Positions 11,639 to 22,665 of a stretch of DNA of 64,000 bases are shown piece after piece (within the stretch, counting starts at the first letter, position 1; every line of letters begins with the position of its first letter). The notes beneath the pieces were generated by a model. It ran no database searches. It was not told where the DNA came from and saw only the letters and a list, made by a program, of their open reading frames with translations. Source of the DNA: the human T2T-CHM13v2.0 reference genome, Homo sapiens. The DNA lies in NCBI RefSeq assembly GCF_009914755.1, contig NC_060947.1; one strand, given 5' to 3'. Both the position numbers and the translations under genes were made by a program.

Positions 11639-13714
11639 TATAGACTGTTTTATTCTTTTTCTTCAACTCCAAATAGTCAATTTATCAGCAAATCCTGTTG
11701 ACTCCGCCTCAGAAACACATTCCCAAACCTTTAATTTTTTTTCTCTGACATGCTTAAGATAATCTCTATCATCTTAAACCTGGGATATTGCATTAGTGTC
11801 CTGTCTCCCTGCTTTCACCTTTTTTCTCCTATAAACATTCTCCACCCAGCAGCCAGAGTGATCTGATGATGAAAATGTGAATTACACCATGGTGCCCCTG
11901 CTTATCACCTTCATACTGCTTGTTCTTGGGTTGGGTCCAGAGTAGGTACTTAATACATGGTAATGCTTATTACATTATTATTTGCTCTGGTATCTAGGAA
12001 TAAGATATATTAGGCCAAGGAAGAAAATCTGTCTGCTGAGTGAAAGACACACTCTCCTGGCACATTTCCTGGCCCAGGGCTCATACATGCAGCAACCAAC
12101 ATAGGCTTATTGATGGAAGCACATATAGGTACATAGAAACATGGTACGTGTATTGTTTTCACAAGAAGATGCTCTATCTTTATTACATGCTGCCAGAGGA
12201 GAACAATCACTCTCTCTCCCTTGTGAATAAAAAAATATGAAAGTGAGTCAAGTAGGAAATGTGAGGCTGCATGGTCATTTGTGAAATTGTATAATTAAGC
12301 ACCTCAATTAATCCTCAAAACACCTCTATGAATTAGGTATGATTGTTATCTCCATTTAAAAAATTATTAAACCAAGGCAAAATGAGAATAAACTGCTCAC
12401 CAGATTAGCCAGCTAGCAAGTAGTGAGTGAAGCCATGATTCAGATACCTAGTCTGGTTCTAGGGTCACTGCTCACATAAATCTGTTACATCAGGCCGTGA
12501 TTTGTGGCTATTTTTGCTTAGGATGAGGGTTCCATTAGGTACTTAAGGTTTTCAAGAGTGAATCAAAAATTAAAAATTAAATTATATTTAAAGTAAAACA
12601 TTTAAGTAAGTACTAGCTTTTCTGGTGCCCACATAGGGCAACAACACTCACCTAAGATGCCTATGAGTGACTGAAGGTGAGAAAACACCGGGGTACACTG
12701 TGGAAATCTGAGATGTGGAAGAAATCAAGCTGTCACAGACGTCCCAGCTAGTCTACTGCACTCCATGATTAAAACTCTTACATGTCTCTCATGCAGCATT
12801 TGATCCAAGGCTGAAAATTGATCATGAACTGATTAGTTAAGAGAAGGAGAGGGGGCCAGACTCCAACAAAAGTCAGATTTTGGTTGAAGTCAGAGAGAGG
12901 TTGTGAGATTGCCATCCCTTGACATCTTTTTAAAAGTGAATTGTTTAATCACTTTTTTTTAAGCTGATTTCTTAGCCATCTTGCAGAAATATGAGGCAGG
13001 GGCACTTATCCATTAGGTACAGTAGGTAAGGTAACTAAGCCCAATGACACCCTTAGCAGCCCATGAAAATGGTTTAGTTTCTTTCATAAAATGGTGCTGA
13101 AGATAATGATAGTTGCAAAGGAAAAAATACGGTAGACCAATATCATAGTATGTTACCAAGCATAGGGCCTATTATTGGAAGCTATTTCCAGTGCTCAGGA
13201 TATTAACATCTCCTGGAGCGTCTGCAAAACACATCTTGAAGGCAGAACCATAGTCCTCAATTTGGCCTGCCTCTTTTATTTGACAATAAAGTTTTATTTA
13301 TTTCTGAGCATAAGATTGGGATTTTATTTCTAGAAAAAGGGAGAAAAGGTGGAAGGAGGAGGAGGCAGGGAAAAGGTGGAAACTTGCCCAGGCCCATAGC
13401 AGGAGCCCAACACAGGGAACACTTAAGCTTGTGTAGAGTACTTGTAACCAGAAGCCCGGAGGTGGAGCACAGCAGAGGATGCAATGTGCCACTGTCGCGG
13501 CCAGAGCCCATGCAGTGTAAACATTAACATTCTTGGATGCACTAAGCACTGGGCTGCGGTCTACACTTGCATTCTGAGGTGGTGGAGTCATGGCCAAAAT
13601 TTTGGAGTACTTGGACTTTTCTCAAGAAGCGTTGCACTTCTTGTCCGGACCGGGGATTACCGCAGATCGCAGCCCAGAGTCTGCGGAGGCGCACCGTTTC
13701 ATCAACAGCAGGGA

Positions 13715-14914
13715 CTGAAACTTCAGCCCAGGAGAAGCCAAGATGGCACCGTTATCGCACCCTGGGAATCGAGGACCGGGAAGAACTTAATGGTCAGTGC
13801 CTGGATGGTGACAGGTGCTCCAGTGAACTCAGGCAAACTACCTTTTCCTGCGACAGCCGATTATCTTTGTGCAGCTTTCAGTTTGCGGCCCCTAACCTCC
13901 TCCAGCCCATAAACTCAGGCCTCCAGTGTTCTGATCTTTCTCTTTGCCTTTCCGCCTTTCCAGATGCGATTCCTCCCGTGATCTCAGTGATTGTATCAGG
14001 CGAAAACGAGGAGGGCAAAATACCGTCCAGATGTAAACTAGGAGCAGCCGCACCAGCAGCACCAGCAGAATGCCGTGGTAGTGCGGCAGGCCCTGGCCCC
14101 ATGGACAAAGAGAAACTCGTCAGTGGCAGTGGCCACGAACTCAGAAAGCCTGAGGACAGTCAGCAGCTCCTCTGGCTCTTCACTTTCACACTGGTGCAAC
14201 TACAGGAGCTGAAGAACATTTTTCAACTCGTTCCATACCCGGACGTGTTAGGTAAGTGGCATGCTTAGGCGGCACCGACTTTTCACGGAGCAGGGGCTGG
14301 GCTCAGGGCTTATTCTCTTTCCCCAGGCCCCTTCCAAACCTTTCTGAGCCAAAAGCTACCTAGGGGTTTCAAGGCTGCTGGGGCCTGTTTGCCCTTGGGC
14401 TTCAGGGTGGAGGCAATGCCTCCTGGACACCAAGGTAAATATTTTCAAGCAACATTTAAATGAATCAAGTGGGGAAACTTTGGCCTGATAACTAGGTTTG
14501 TATAAATAGAATTTGATTGGAACAAGAACCATGATCAGGGTGAGGAGAGTAAGGCATGGTCGTGCAAGTGGATGGGCAAATTCTGGTTTTATGTAAATAT
14601 TTGATAATTTGCTCATAATATTTTTGATTTTTCAGAGTAGTGCAAAAAGTGTTATTTTTCTGGAATCCTGAGTTTTTTTGTGCCCCCTTACATTCACTAT
14701 GGGGGAAAATCATTCCTAAAGAAAGCCTCAATCTGGATATTACAAAATAGTGTACTCGGGGAGAGGTGTTGGGAGGTAAGTATTTAAAAGCAAGCTTGAA
14801 ATGAACAACATAAATTTTGTTTCATCCACAACTCTAAATACTGAATCTTTGTGGTTTTCTCTCACCAGAAAGGGACTTGTAAGATGCATGAGCATGACTG
14901 AAACCAGTGTGCAG
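13715..14914 (+). pseudogene. Unprocessed RHOX pseudogene, RHOXF2/ESX1-like architecture: exon1 13715-13792, exon2 13964-14251, exon3 14869-14914; helix-3 exon deleted
   Basis: Exon1 aligns codon-by-codon to RHOXF2 exon1 but with CTG for ATG and a 1-nt deletion; intron1 homologous to RHOXF2 intron1; exon2 encodes FTLVQLQELKNIFQLVPYPDV (homeodomain helix 1); 46-nt exon RKGLVRCMSMTETSVQ; GT-AG sites intact. Confidence 0.9.
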
Positions 14915-16371
14915 GTCACTATACCTGAAAAAACTTATTTGGCAGGGCAGCCATTCTACAATCTGCTTCAAGAGGTAGATACCATTGCCCTAGATATTCT
15001 GAAGTTGGTGTGTTTTTGTTGCCTTTTCCAGGTTTGCGAAATAAGTTCAAACTGTGAGTTTTTGCGAATAGAAAATGGGATAAGAAAACCTCAGCTTAGG
15101 GAAATTTCCCATTATCAGAGCATACACGATTTCAAAAAAGGCCAAAGAAAGTAGAACCAAACTACTTTTCTAGTTCCTATATATTAATACAATTAAATAT
15201 GTATGTGAATAATATCAGTATGAAGTATCTAAATATGTTATATTGTATATAAATATAAATAAATAATATGCAGTATATGTGTTTGTATGTATGTGTGTAT
15301 ATATATACACACAAATACATATGTGTATATATATTAGGGAGGACATCTATGTGAAGATTATCGATAAGATGGGAATAAAAGCATTGTCTATGCCATAGAA
15401 TTGAGAAGAGGAATAAATGACAATATATGTAAGTACCTAGCACAATACCTAGTCACAGAGTAAGACCTCAGAAATATTTGTTACTATTACTCTGTAATAT
15501 ATCCTCTCACCACAGTATAACCCATGGAATATGTGACATAACAGAATAAGCCTGGTTAGGAGTCACACATTTGGTTCTTTTGGAGATACACACTGAAATA
15601 TTTACTGATGAAATGATGTGACGTCTAGATGTGCATCACAAAAATCCAGGGGGAGATCCAAGTGTGTTTGAGAATTGGTTAGGGTATTCATGAAACAAGG
15701 TTGTCTATGATAATTGTTGAAACTGGATAATGGGTACAAATAGGGTTCATCTTTACCATTCTCTCTGCTTTTGTATATGTCTGACAGTTTGCATAATAGA
15801 AAAATTGTAATAATCAGAGTTGTAAATTCAAATGTTGACAAGGCCAGACAGGTAACATAAAAGAGAGAAGCAAGCAGGGTAGGGACTGTGGCAAACTGGG
15901 AAAGAATATGTCTCTTCCAAAGGGGCAGCCAGTATTCAGCTCCAGCTTAGTGTTGCTGGCTGGCAATGTTGGGCCAGGACTGCCAGATTTTTCAGTTTTT
16001 CAAGATTGGCCACAAATTATAATGTTGATATGAAACCTTCAGTTCTTTAAATGTTGGTAACTAACTGAAATATGTTTTATTGAAAAGTATGCTGGCCATC
16101 TAAATCAGGTCTGCAGAACAGACTCAGGCTGGAGCTGCTAGTTTGTAAACTCTGCCTGAGAAGCCAATTTTAAGCAATTTTCATTCTCTGGAGCAGTAGA
16201 ATATAATTGACAGCGTTTCTAAAGCCAACAATCCAAGAATGCCATTGTGCTGTCCTGCTGTTCCTTATTGTAAGTCCCGTGCCCATATATGCTTTGCTCT
16301 CTGCCTTCCATCCCTACCTGAAGTTTCTCTAACTTTATCTTTCATTCTCTTTACTTGGTTCTGATCTTAAG

Positions 16372-16775
16372 GTTCAGAGCACTGATGACCAAGACTTCAC
16401 AAGTGTCCAAGAGAGGAGACCTCACAGTAATGAATTAGGCACCAGCTCACCTGATCTTTCTCTCTGGTACATTTTGCAGCTGTTCTTAACAATATGCAGG
16501 TCCTTTGGACAGTTTTCAGAAATATTATGCCTCAAGGGGCAAGGCACCAGGCTGGAAGGGCAGGGCACCCTTGAGAAGAAAAAGGGAATTTTATAAAACT
16601 AGTATCAATTTGTGATCAAGTAGAACTTCCTGAAGTTCAGCAGTTCTTTCAATCTCCCTTTTTTTCTTTTTCTTCTCTTATATTGAAGTAAAATTTAAAA
16701 TTTAATACTTTTTATTTTTTAAAAGCATGTATGGCATCATTTCAGTCTTATTAAATTCTCTCTGCATCCATTCAC
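16372..16775 (+). ncRNA. Candidate terminal exon of a spliced lncRNA from the RHOX pseudogene
   Basis: Branch-point-like CTCTAAC, polypyrimidine tract and TTAAG| acceptor at 16370-16371; ATTAAA at 16750; no transcript evidence available here. Confidence 0.3.
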
Positions 16776-17010
16776 CCATCCTTCTTTTTGTGTGTGTGTG
16801 TAGTGGTCTCTGTGAGAGGGTTCATTAATGTCAATCCTGATCATTTCTTCCTCAAGAGATGTCAGTAGATTTGTTTTTTTTTGCTTTGGACTTTTATGAA
16901 TTGATTGAATTTTTATGCCAATTATTTTTAAAGTATTACATAGAAGAACAAATGGACAGAAAAATTTAAATGCAATCAAATCTTGTTGATTTTGAAGTAT
17001 AGGAAATAAT

Positions 17011-17200
17011 CTTTTTTTTATTATACTTTAAGTTTTAGGGTACATGTGCACAATGTGCAGGTTTGTTACATATGTATACGTGTGCCATGTTGGTGTGCTG
17101 CACCCATTAACTCGTCATTTAACTTAGGTATACCTCCTAATGCTATCCCTCCCCCCTCCCCCCACCCCACAACAGGCCCCAGTGTGTGATGTTCCCCTTC
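17011..17200 (-). mobile_element. Short 5'-truncated L1PA 3' end
   Basis: TTATTATACTTTAAGTTTTAGGGTACATGTGCAC...CCCCACCCCACAACAGGCCCC matches the young L1PA 3' UTR. Confidence 0.9.
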
Positions 17201-17683
17201 TGCATTGTCAGGTAAACTGCAGGACACTCACTTGTATTTGAATTTCAAATAAGCAACAAATATTTTTGTATAAAGTATGTCCCAAATATTGCATGAGACA
17301 CAGTTATCTAAAAATATTTGTTGTTTATCAGTAGTTTGACTCAGCACTCCGTATTTTTATTGCAACTCTCATATAAACATGTCATTTTCATAGGAAATGC
17401 TTTAAATACTTTGTCCTTTTTTTCTCATCCATTCATCCCATTTATATTTTTCTTTTAATTTAGGAGATTAAGGAAAACATTAGGTACTTTGATTTGAGCC
17501 ATCCCTATAATTATACACATGCATATGTTATATACACTCATATATATATTATCTATATACAGATATATGTGACAGTGTGCTCTATATAATACCTGATGTA
17601 AACACACACGAAACACAAACTGAACTGACTGTATTGTTGAAACAGCTGCTCAGTGAAATACGTCTTGTGACCTGTGGTCCTTC

Positions 17684-18483
17684 TGAAACCGACCCAACAG
17701 TTCTATAGACCAGTGGTCCCCAGCCTTATCAGCACCAGGGACTGGTTTCGTGGAAGACAATTTTTCCATGGACTTGGTGGGCGGGGCAATGGTTTTGGGA
17801 TGAAACTGTTCCACCTCAGATCGTCAGGCATTAGTTAGATTCTCATAAGGAGCACGCAACCTAGATCCCTTGCATGTGCAGTTTACAGTAGGGTTCGCGC
17901 TCCTATGACAATAAAACGCCACCGCTGATCCAACAGGAGGCAGAGCTCAGGCGGTAGTGCTCGTTCACCTACCACTCACCTCCTGCTGTGCAGCCCATTT
18001 ACTAACAGGCAACAGACCAGTACTGCTCTGTGGCCCAGGGGTTGGGGAACCCTGCCAAGGACTGTTCATTTTGATAAAAATAGAAATGGACCCTTCTGGT
18101 GTTAAAGTTTGAACCTTACATTTGTTTTATCTGAGTTCCTTCCTCAGGAAGCAACCTTCAGGCCTCTCAAAAAAAAGGGATCAAAGAACTGAAACTCACC
18201 AGATCACTACATCCAGACAGTGAGATGCTAGACCCCTCTTTCATCTTGATTGCTTCCTTGCCCCTCCCTAGTTCCTGTTTTCTTATACATTGTTAAATTT
18301 CTTCCCTGCTATATAAACCCGTAGTTTTAGTGGGTTCGGGGGATGGATTTGAGACTGAGCTTCCATCTCAGCTGCAGCATCCGATTATAGCCTTTTTCCT
18401 TGGCAATACTCACTGTCTCTGTGATTGGCTTTCTGTGCAGTGAGCAGCAGGACTTAGACGGTAGCCTTGGTGTTTTGGTAACA
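17684..18483 (+). mobile_element. Solo LTR (MER66-like) interrupted by a MER1 DNA transposon
   Basis: TG...CA ends, TATA box CTATATAAA, end GGTGTTTTGGTAACA. Confidence 0.65.
17711..18054. mobile_element. MER1B-like hAT-Charlie MITE
   Basis: Terminal inverted repeats CAGTGGTCCCCAGCC / GGTTGGGGAACCCTG; typical TTAGATTCTCATAAGGAGCACGCAACCTAGATCCC core. Confidence 0.85.
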
Positions 18484-20409
18484 CTTCCTTCAGTCGTTTC
18501 GGAATGAGGCAGAGAAAGGACAAGGTCTCCTGTTTAGCTTAGACTTGAATGTCATGTGGAACTGGAAGGAGACAGGGACCCAGTTGCCCTACTGGCTTTT
18601 TTCTTTATCCCCTTATCCCACAGCAGCAGTGAGGTATCTGGGAGTCCTTGGGCTCTGGAGGAAATGTCAAAGTTGTTGGAAAAGCCCCAAGCCCAGCAAA
18701 TCTGCCCACTCCCTGCAGGACTGCTGCTTTCACTTTCACTCTTGCCCATGGCCTAGGGACTGGAATGGCCTCAGCCATCAGCTGGGTGGCCTCTGCCAAG
18801 GCTCTTGAAACCAGTCCTACCGCTCACACTAGTGGTCGTGCTTTCTAGGGTGGCCCTCTGCCCCACATGGCATCCCCTTAGCTTCTGTCTTCTGGTCCGC
18901 CAATTATGGCAGCTACCCACACCCCTATGGGTATGACAAGCTGTGGCCTAGCCTCCTCAATAAGGAGAGGGAGGAGAGCCTGTGGCAGAAGTGAGTGAGC
19001 TCACCTGCCTGCAGAGTCCCTGACATCTTACTTCTGTCTATTCACATTTCCTCTCTGCCTGCCTTGTGTTTTCACCCTTTCAATCCATCTAGCTGATGGA
19101 TCCCTTATGCATCCTACCTACTCCCTTACATTCTTACTCTTCATCACGTCCCTTCATAAGTTGCCCTGGTCTCCTTCTTCTCCCTTTCACCTTCTGCTGG
19201 AGCACACATGGCCAAACACCTCATACTCACTGGAATTTCCTTGTCTTGTGTTATCATTAAAGAAAATTATATATAATATATATGTTATATATTATATATG
19301 TTAATATATTAATATATATTGTATATAATATATATATTATGTAATAAAAATTGTATTTTTTAGTGATGAAGTCTCGCTACCTTGCCCAAGCTGGTCTGGA
19401 ACTCCTGGCCTCAAGCGATCTTCTCACCTCAGCCTCCCAAGTAGCTGGGATTAGAGAGCATGTTTTTATTCCCCACTACACTGAGCTCCTGGAAGGAAGG
19501 ACCTCTGTTTTATTCATCCCAGAATTCTAGTGCTGACAAAGATTCTCTTATTGACCGAATTTTACTCAGGTTCCCTTGAGCTCTTTTTCAACTAGGCCTG
19601 GAGTTTTGGATTTCTGAGTTTGTCTCTGCATTGTCCGATTTCAGCAAGGAAATTGCTAAGTCCTGCTAAGTCTATTTAGTCATCCCCCATATCCAAGCAC
19701 TCTCAATATCTAATCTGGTTCCTCATCCTCCACCATCTCCCAGGTGATGTTTGATCGCCCTGGTGCCTTCAGCAAAAATAATGTTAGGTCGGTTTGGCCC
19801 AAATCTTCCATTATGCCTGATGTTTCCTCTTAGTTAATTTCCATCCATTGACTCCCACCTTGTTCCTTGGCTCTAAATTCCCACTTGCCCACATTGTATT
19901 TTAGCTGATCTCAATCTATCTCCCCCATTGCAAGATGCCATTGCAGTGATTCCTATACTTATCTTGATATTTCCCCCTTGAACACAGTCTTTCTCACCAT
20001 CTTTAACAAGTGTCATTTAAAAAAATTGAACAGTAATGATGCTGTGACTTTTATAGGATCAGATTCATCATTGGACTCCTGGACCTATCACTGCGGACCT
20101 CAAATGTGCACCTTTTAAGCCCTTTCCTTCACTCCTGACTGATTGATTTGGGATCCACTGCTAAGTCAGACTTTTGAACCATTGTTCCAGGCAAACTTCT
20201 GTTAAAGCTGGTAAGGATTGATTTGATTCTTAAGATTCTGAGTATACTCTCTGAAGCAGGTTAGAGTTCCAGGCTTGTTTTGAAAGGTATCTCCTAGGCT
20301 GGATGGTTTCCTTCCTGGATCTCTGTCTTGAGTGGGGATTATTCTCTGGCTCCCTGGGCTGAAAGCTTTTCTTTCTGGCTTTCTATTTTGAGTGGGAATT
20401 ATTCATTGA

Positions 20410-20547
<138 letters not shown>

Positions 20548-21334
20548 TAGCTGGGAGTACAGGCACACGCCACTGTGCCCGGCTAATTTTAATCTTTTTT
20601 TTTTTTTTTTTTTTTGTAGAGACAGAGTCTCACTATGTTGCCCAGGCTGGAAATTTTTTCCTTGTTACTTTGTGAGGCCTCTCTGTTCTATTTGATCCTG
20701 TTTTTCCCACAGGAACTTCTGAGTCAACTGAAACACCATTCTTGAATTCCTACTGACTATATGCTCCACCTACACTGTCCAACTCCTTCTTGTTGACATG
20801 GTTTTGCTGAGGATAATTTGGAACTTCACTGGTCTTTTTGGGAAACTTATCATCTCCCCAAACTGGTGTCTCTAAGACTTCTCTCTTCCCACTGGTTTCT
20901 CTCCTCCTTCCTCCTCTTACTGTAACCAAACGCAGGCTAAGCTGCTCATTGCTTGCAAAATTGAATAACAAGGACGAGGGTGGTAAAAAGAAAGTGACTT
21001 TTATTCCAGAGCTTAGCAGTGGGGAAACAGAACAGGCTCCTGCCTTAAGGGAACTGATTTAACTTTCAGGGAAGAAAGCAAGGGCTTAAAAAGGGAAAGT
21101 TGGTGTGAAGGGCAAGGAGGTGCGGGGTCTACGTGACTCGCTTGGATGACTTATATTGAGTGATGCCATCTGATGGTCTGGTCTGCACCATCATGGATAG
21201 AATTGGATTGTGAATTAATTGTTGTCTTGAGACAATCTCCTGGTGGGGAATTCCAGAGAGTGCCTGTTTTGTTTTGAGATTTGGTCCCTGATACTTCTAA
21301 GCAAACATATATTTAGATAAGCTTTCAGTCTAGG

Positions 21335-22086
21335 TGTTACTGGTGGAGGGTGTCCAGGTTCTTGGCGTTTTGAACAAAGAATTGGACAAAATGCACAAAA
21401 AAAGCAAGTAAAGAGTGAAGCAACAAAAGCAGAGATTTACTGAAATCGAAAGTACACTCCACAGGGTGGCAGCAGGCCTGAGCAGCGGCTCAAGGGCCCA
21501 GATACAGAATCTTCTTGGGTCCAAATACCCCCTAGAGGTTTCCCATTGGCCACTTGGTGCTTACCTCACGTAAATGAAGTGGTGGCCCGCAATCAGTCTG
21601 AATGGTTGCGGAAAGCAACCAATCAGAGGCTGAAGTGAACTTACAAAGGTCACATTCCTATGCAAACATCTGGTGGTTGCAGAAAGCAACCAATCAGAGG
21701 CTGAAGTGAACTTACAAAGGTCACATTCCTATGCAAACATCTGGTGGTTGCAGAAAGCAACCAATCAGAGGCTAAAGTGAAGTCAAAAAGTTGTACTTCT
21801 ATGCAAACGGTGACCTGGCTGGCAATCAATCAGATTGAGCTGAACTAAAGTTATAAAGTTACACTCCTATATAAAGGTCTGATTGGTTGCCAAAATCAGC
21901 CAATCAGAGGTACTTTCAATTTCCCATCTGCAGCAAAGGAAAGGTGGGGGTTTGCAAAGGGAGTAGCCTCTGGTCCTTTTGTTACTTAGGTGTGGAAAGT
22001 TAGGGCTTTCCTTTCAATTTAGTTCTAGGAAGTTAGTGTGAAACAGCTTTAGGTTCCCTGCCTCCAGACCCTATTCTCCTGCTTCA
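21335..22086 (-). mobile_element. MER51-type solo LTR inserted in the 3' LTR of the nested provirus
   Basis: TGTTACTGGTGGAGGGTGTCCAGGTTCTTGGCG start, CCAGACCCTATTCTCCTGCTTCA end, multiple CCAATCAG; flanks TAGG/CAGG. Confidence 0.8.
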
Positions 22087-22344
22087 CAGGGAGTGTCTGT
22101 TGGAAAGAAGGTAAAGTTTATAATTGTATTCCTAAAGAGTAAAGTAAGAGGTGAGGGAAAAAGAAAAAAAGGTAAAAATAATTCTTTTTAAGAAAATGAG
22201 GTACTTGGTTACGACTCCCCACTGTCAAATTCCATTCCATTTTCATGGGATTTGGGCATTGTTTTTATTCTGGCTACTTACTGCTGAAAGTGGGAGGAGT
22301 TATAGGGTACCAGAATGGAACTGATCCATTGGAGTTGGAAATAT

Positions 22345-22665
22345 TCACAAGTACTGGGGTTCACAGACAATGTTTGCTGGAGCATTATGGTGCGAGGCCA
22401 GGAAAGTCTCTTGGGAAAGCCTGTCTTGCATTTCCATACAGAAGTTGCAACAGCAGTAAAATCCACAGCAAAGAAATATGCCTATCCCTGCAACCAGGGC
22501 CAAAGTTATAAGCAGCTTTTGCCACCAGGACGGTCCTGACCTGAACCAGGTTGCTAACCACTGAGCTAGCGACAATGTGGGGTCAGACATAGTTTTGATT
22601 TGTTGGTTCATGTCTTGCAGGGCTAACAAGACATTTTCTGAATTATCTGAGATAATATTTAGCAT
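22345..22665 (-). pseudogene. Retroviral env transmembrane-subunit remnant
   Basis: ORF with WLATWF...WWQKLLITLALVAGIGIFLCC hydrophobic TM and Cys-rich tail directly before the PPT/3' LTR. Confidence 0.65.

Noticed and set aside
12637-12676. 40-nt exon-like segment (catag|...AAG|gtgaga)
   Set aside because: Splice signals alone are too weak to call without transcript data
13567-14268. 233-aa ORF as a novel intact gene
   Set aside because: Starts at TTG, reads through a homologous intron and stops just past the exon-2 donor; it is part of the pseudogene and has no complete homeodomain
15032-15154. ttccag|GTTTGCGAAATA as the missing helix-3 exon
   Set aside because: Encodes no WFxN motif and aligns with RHOXF2 intron 3 sequence
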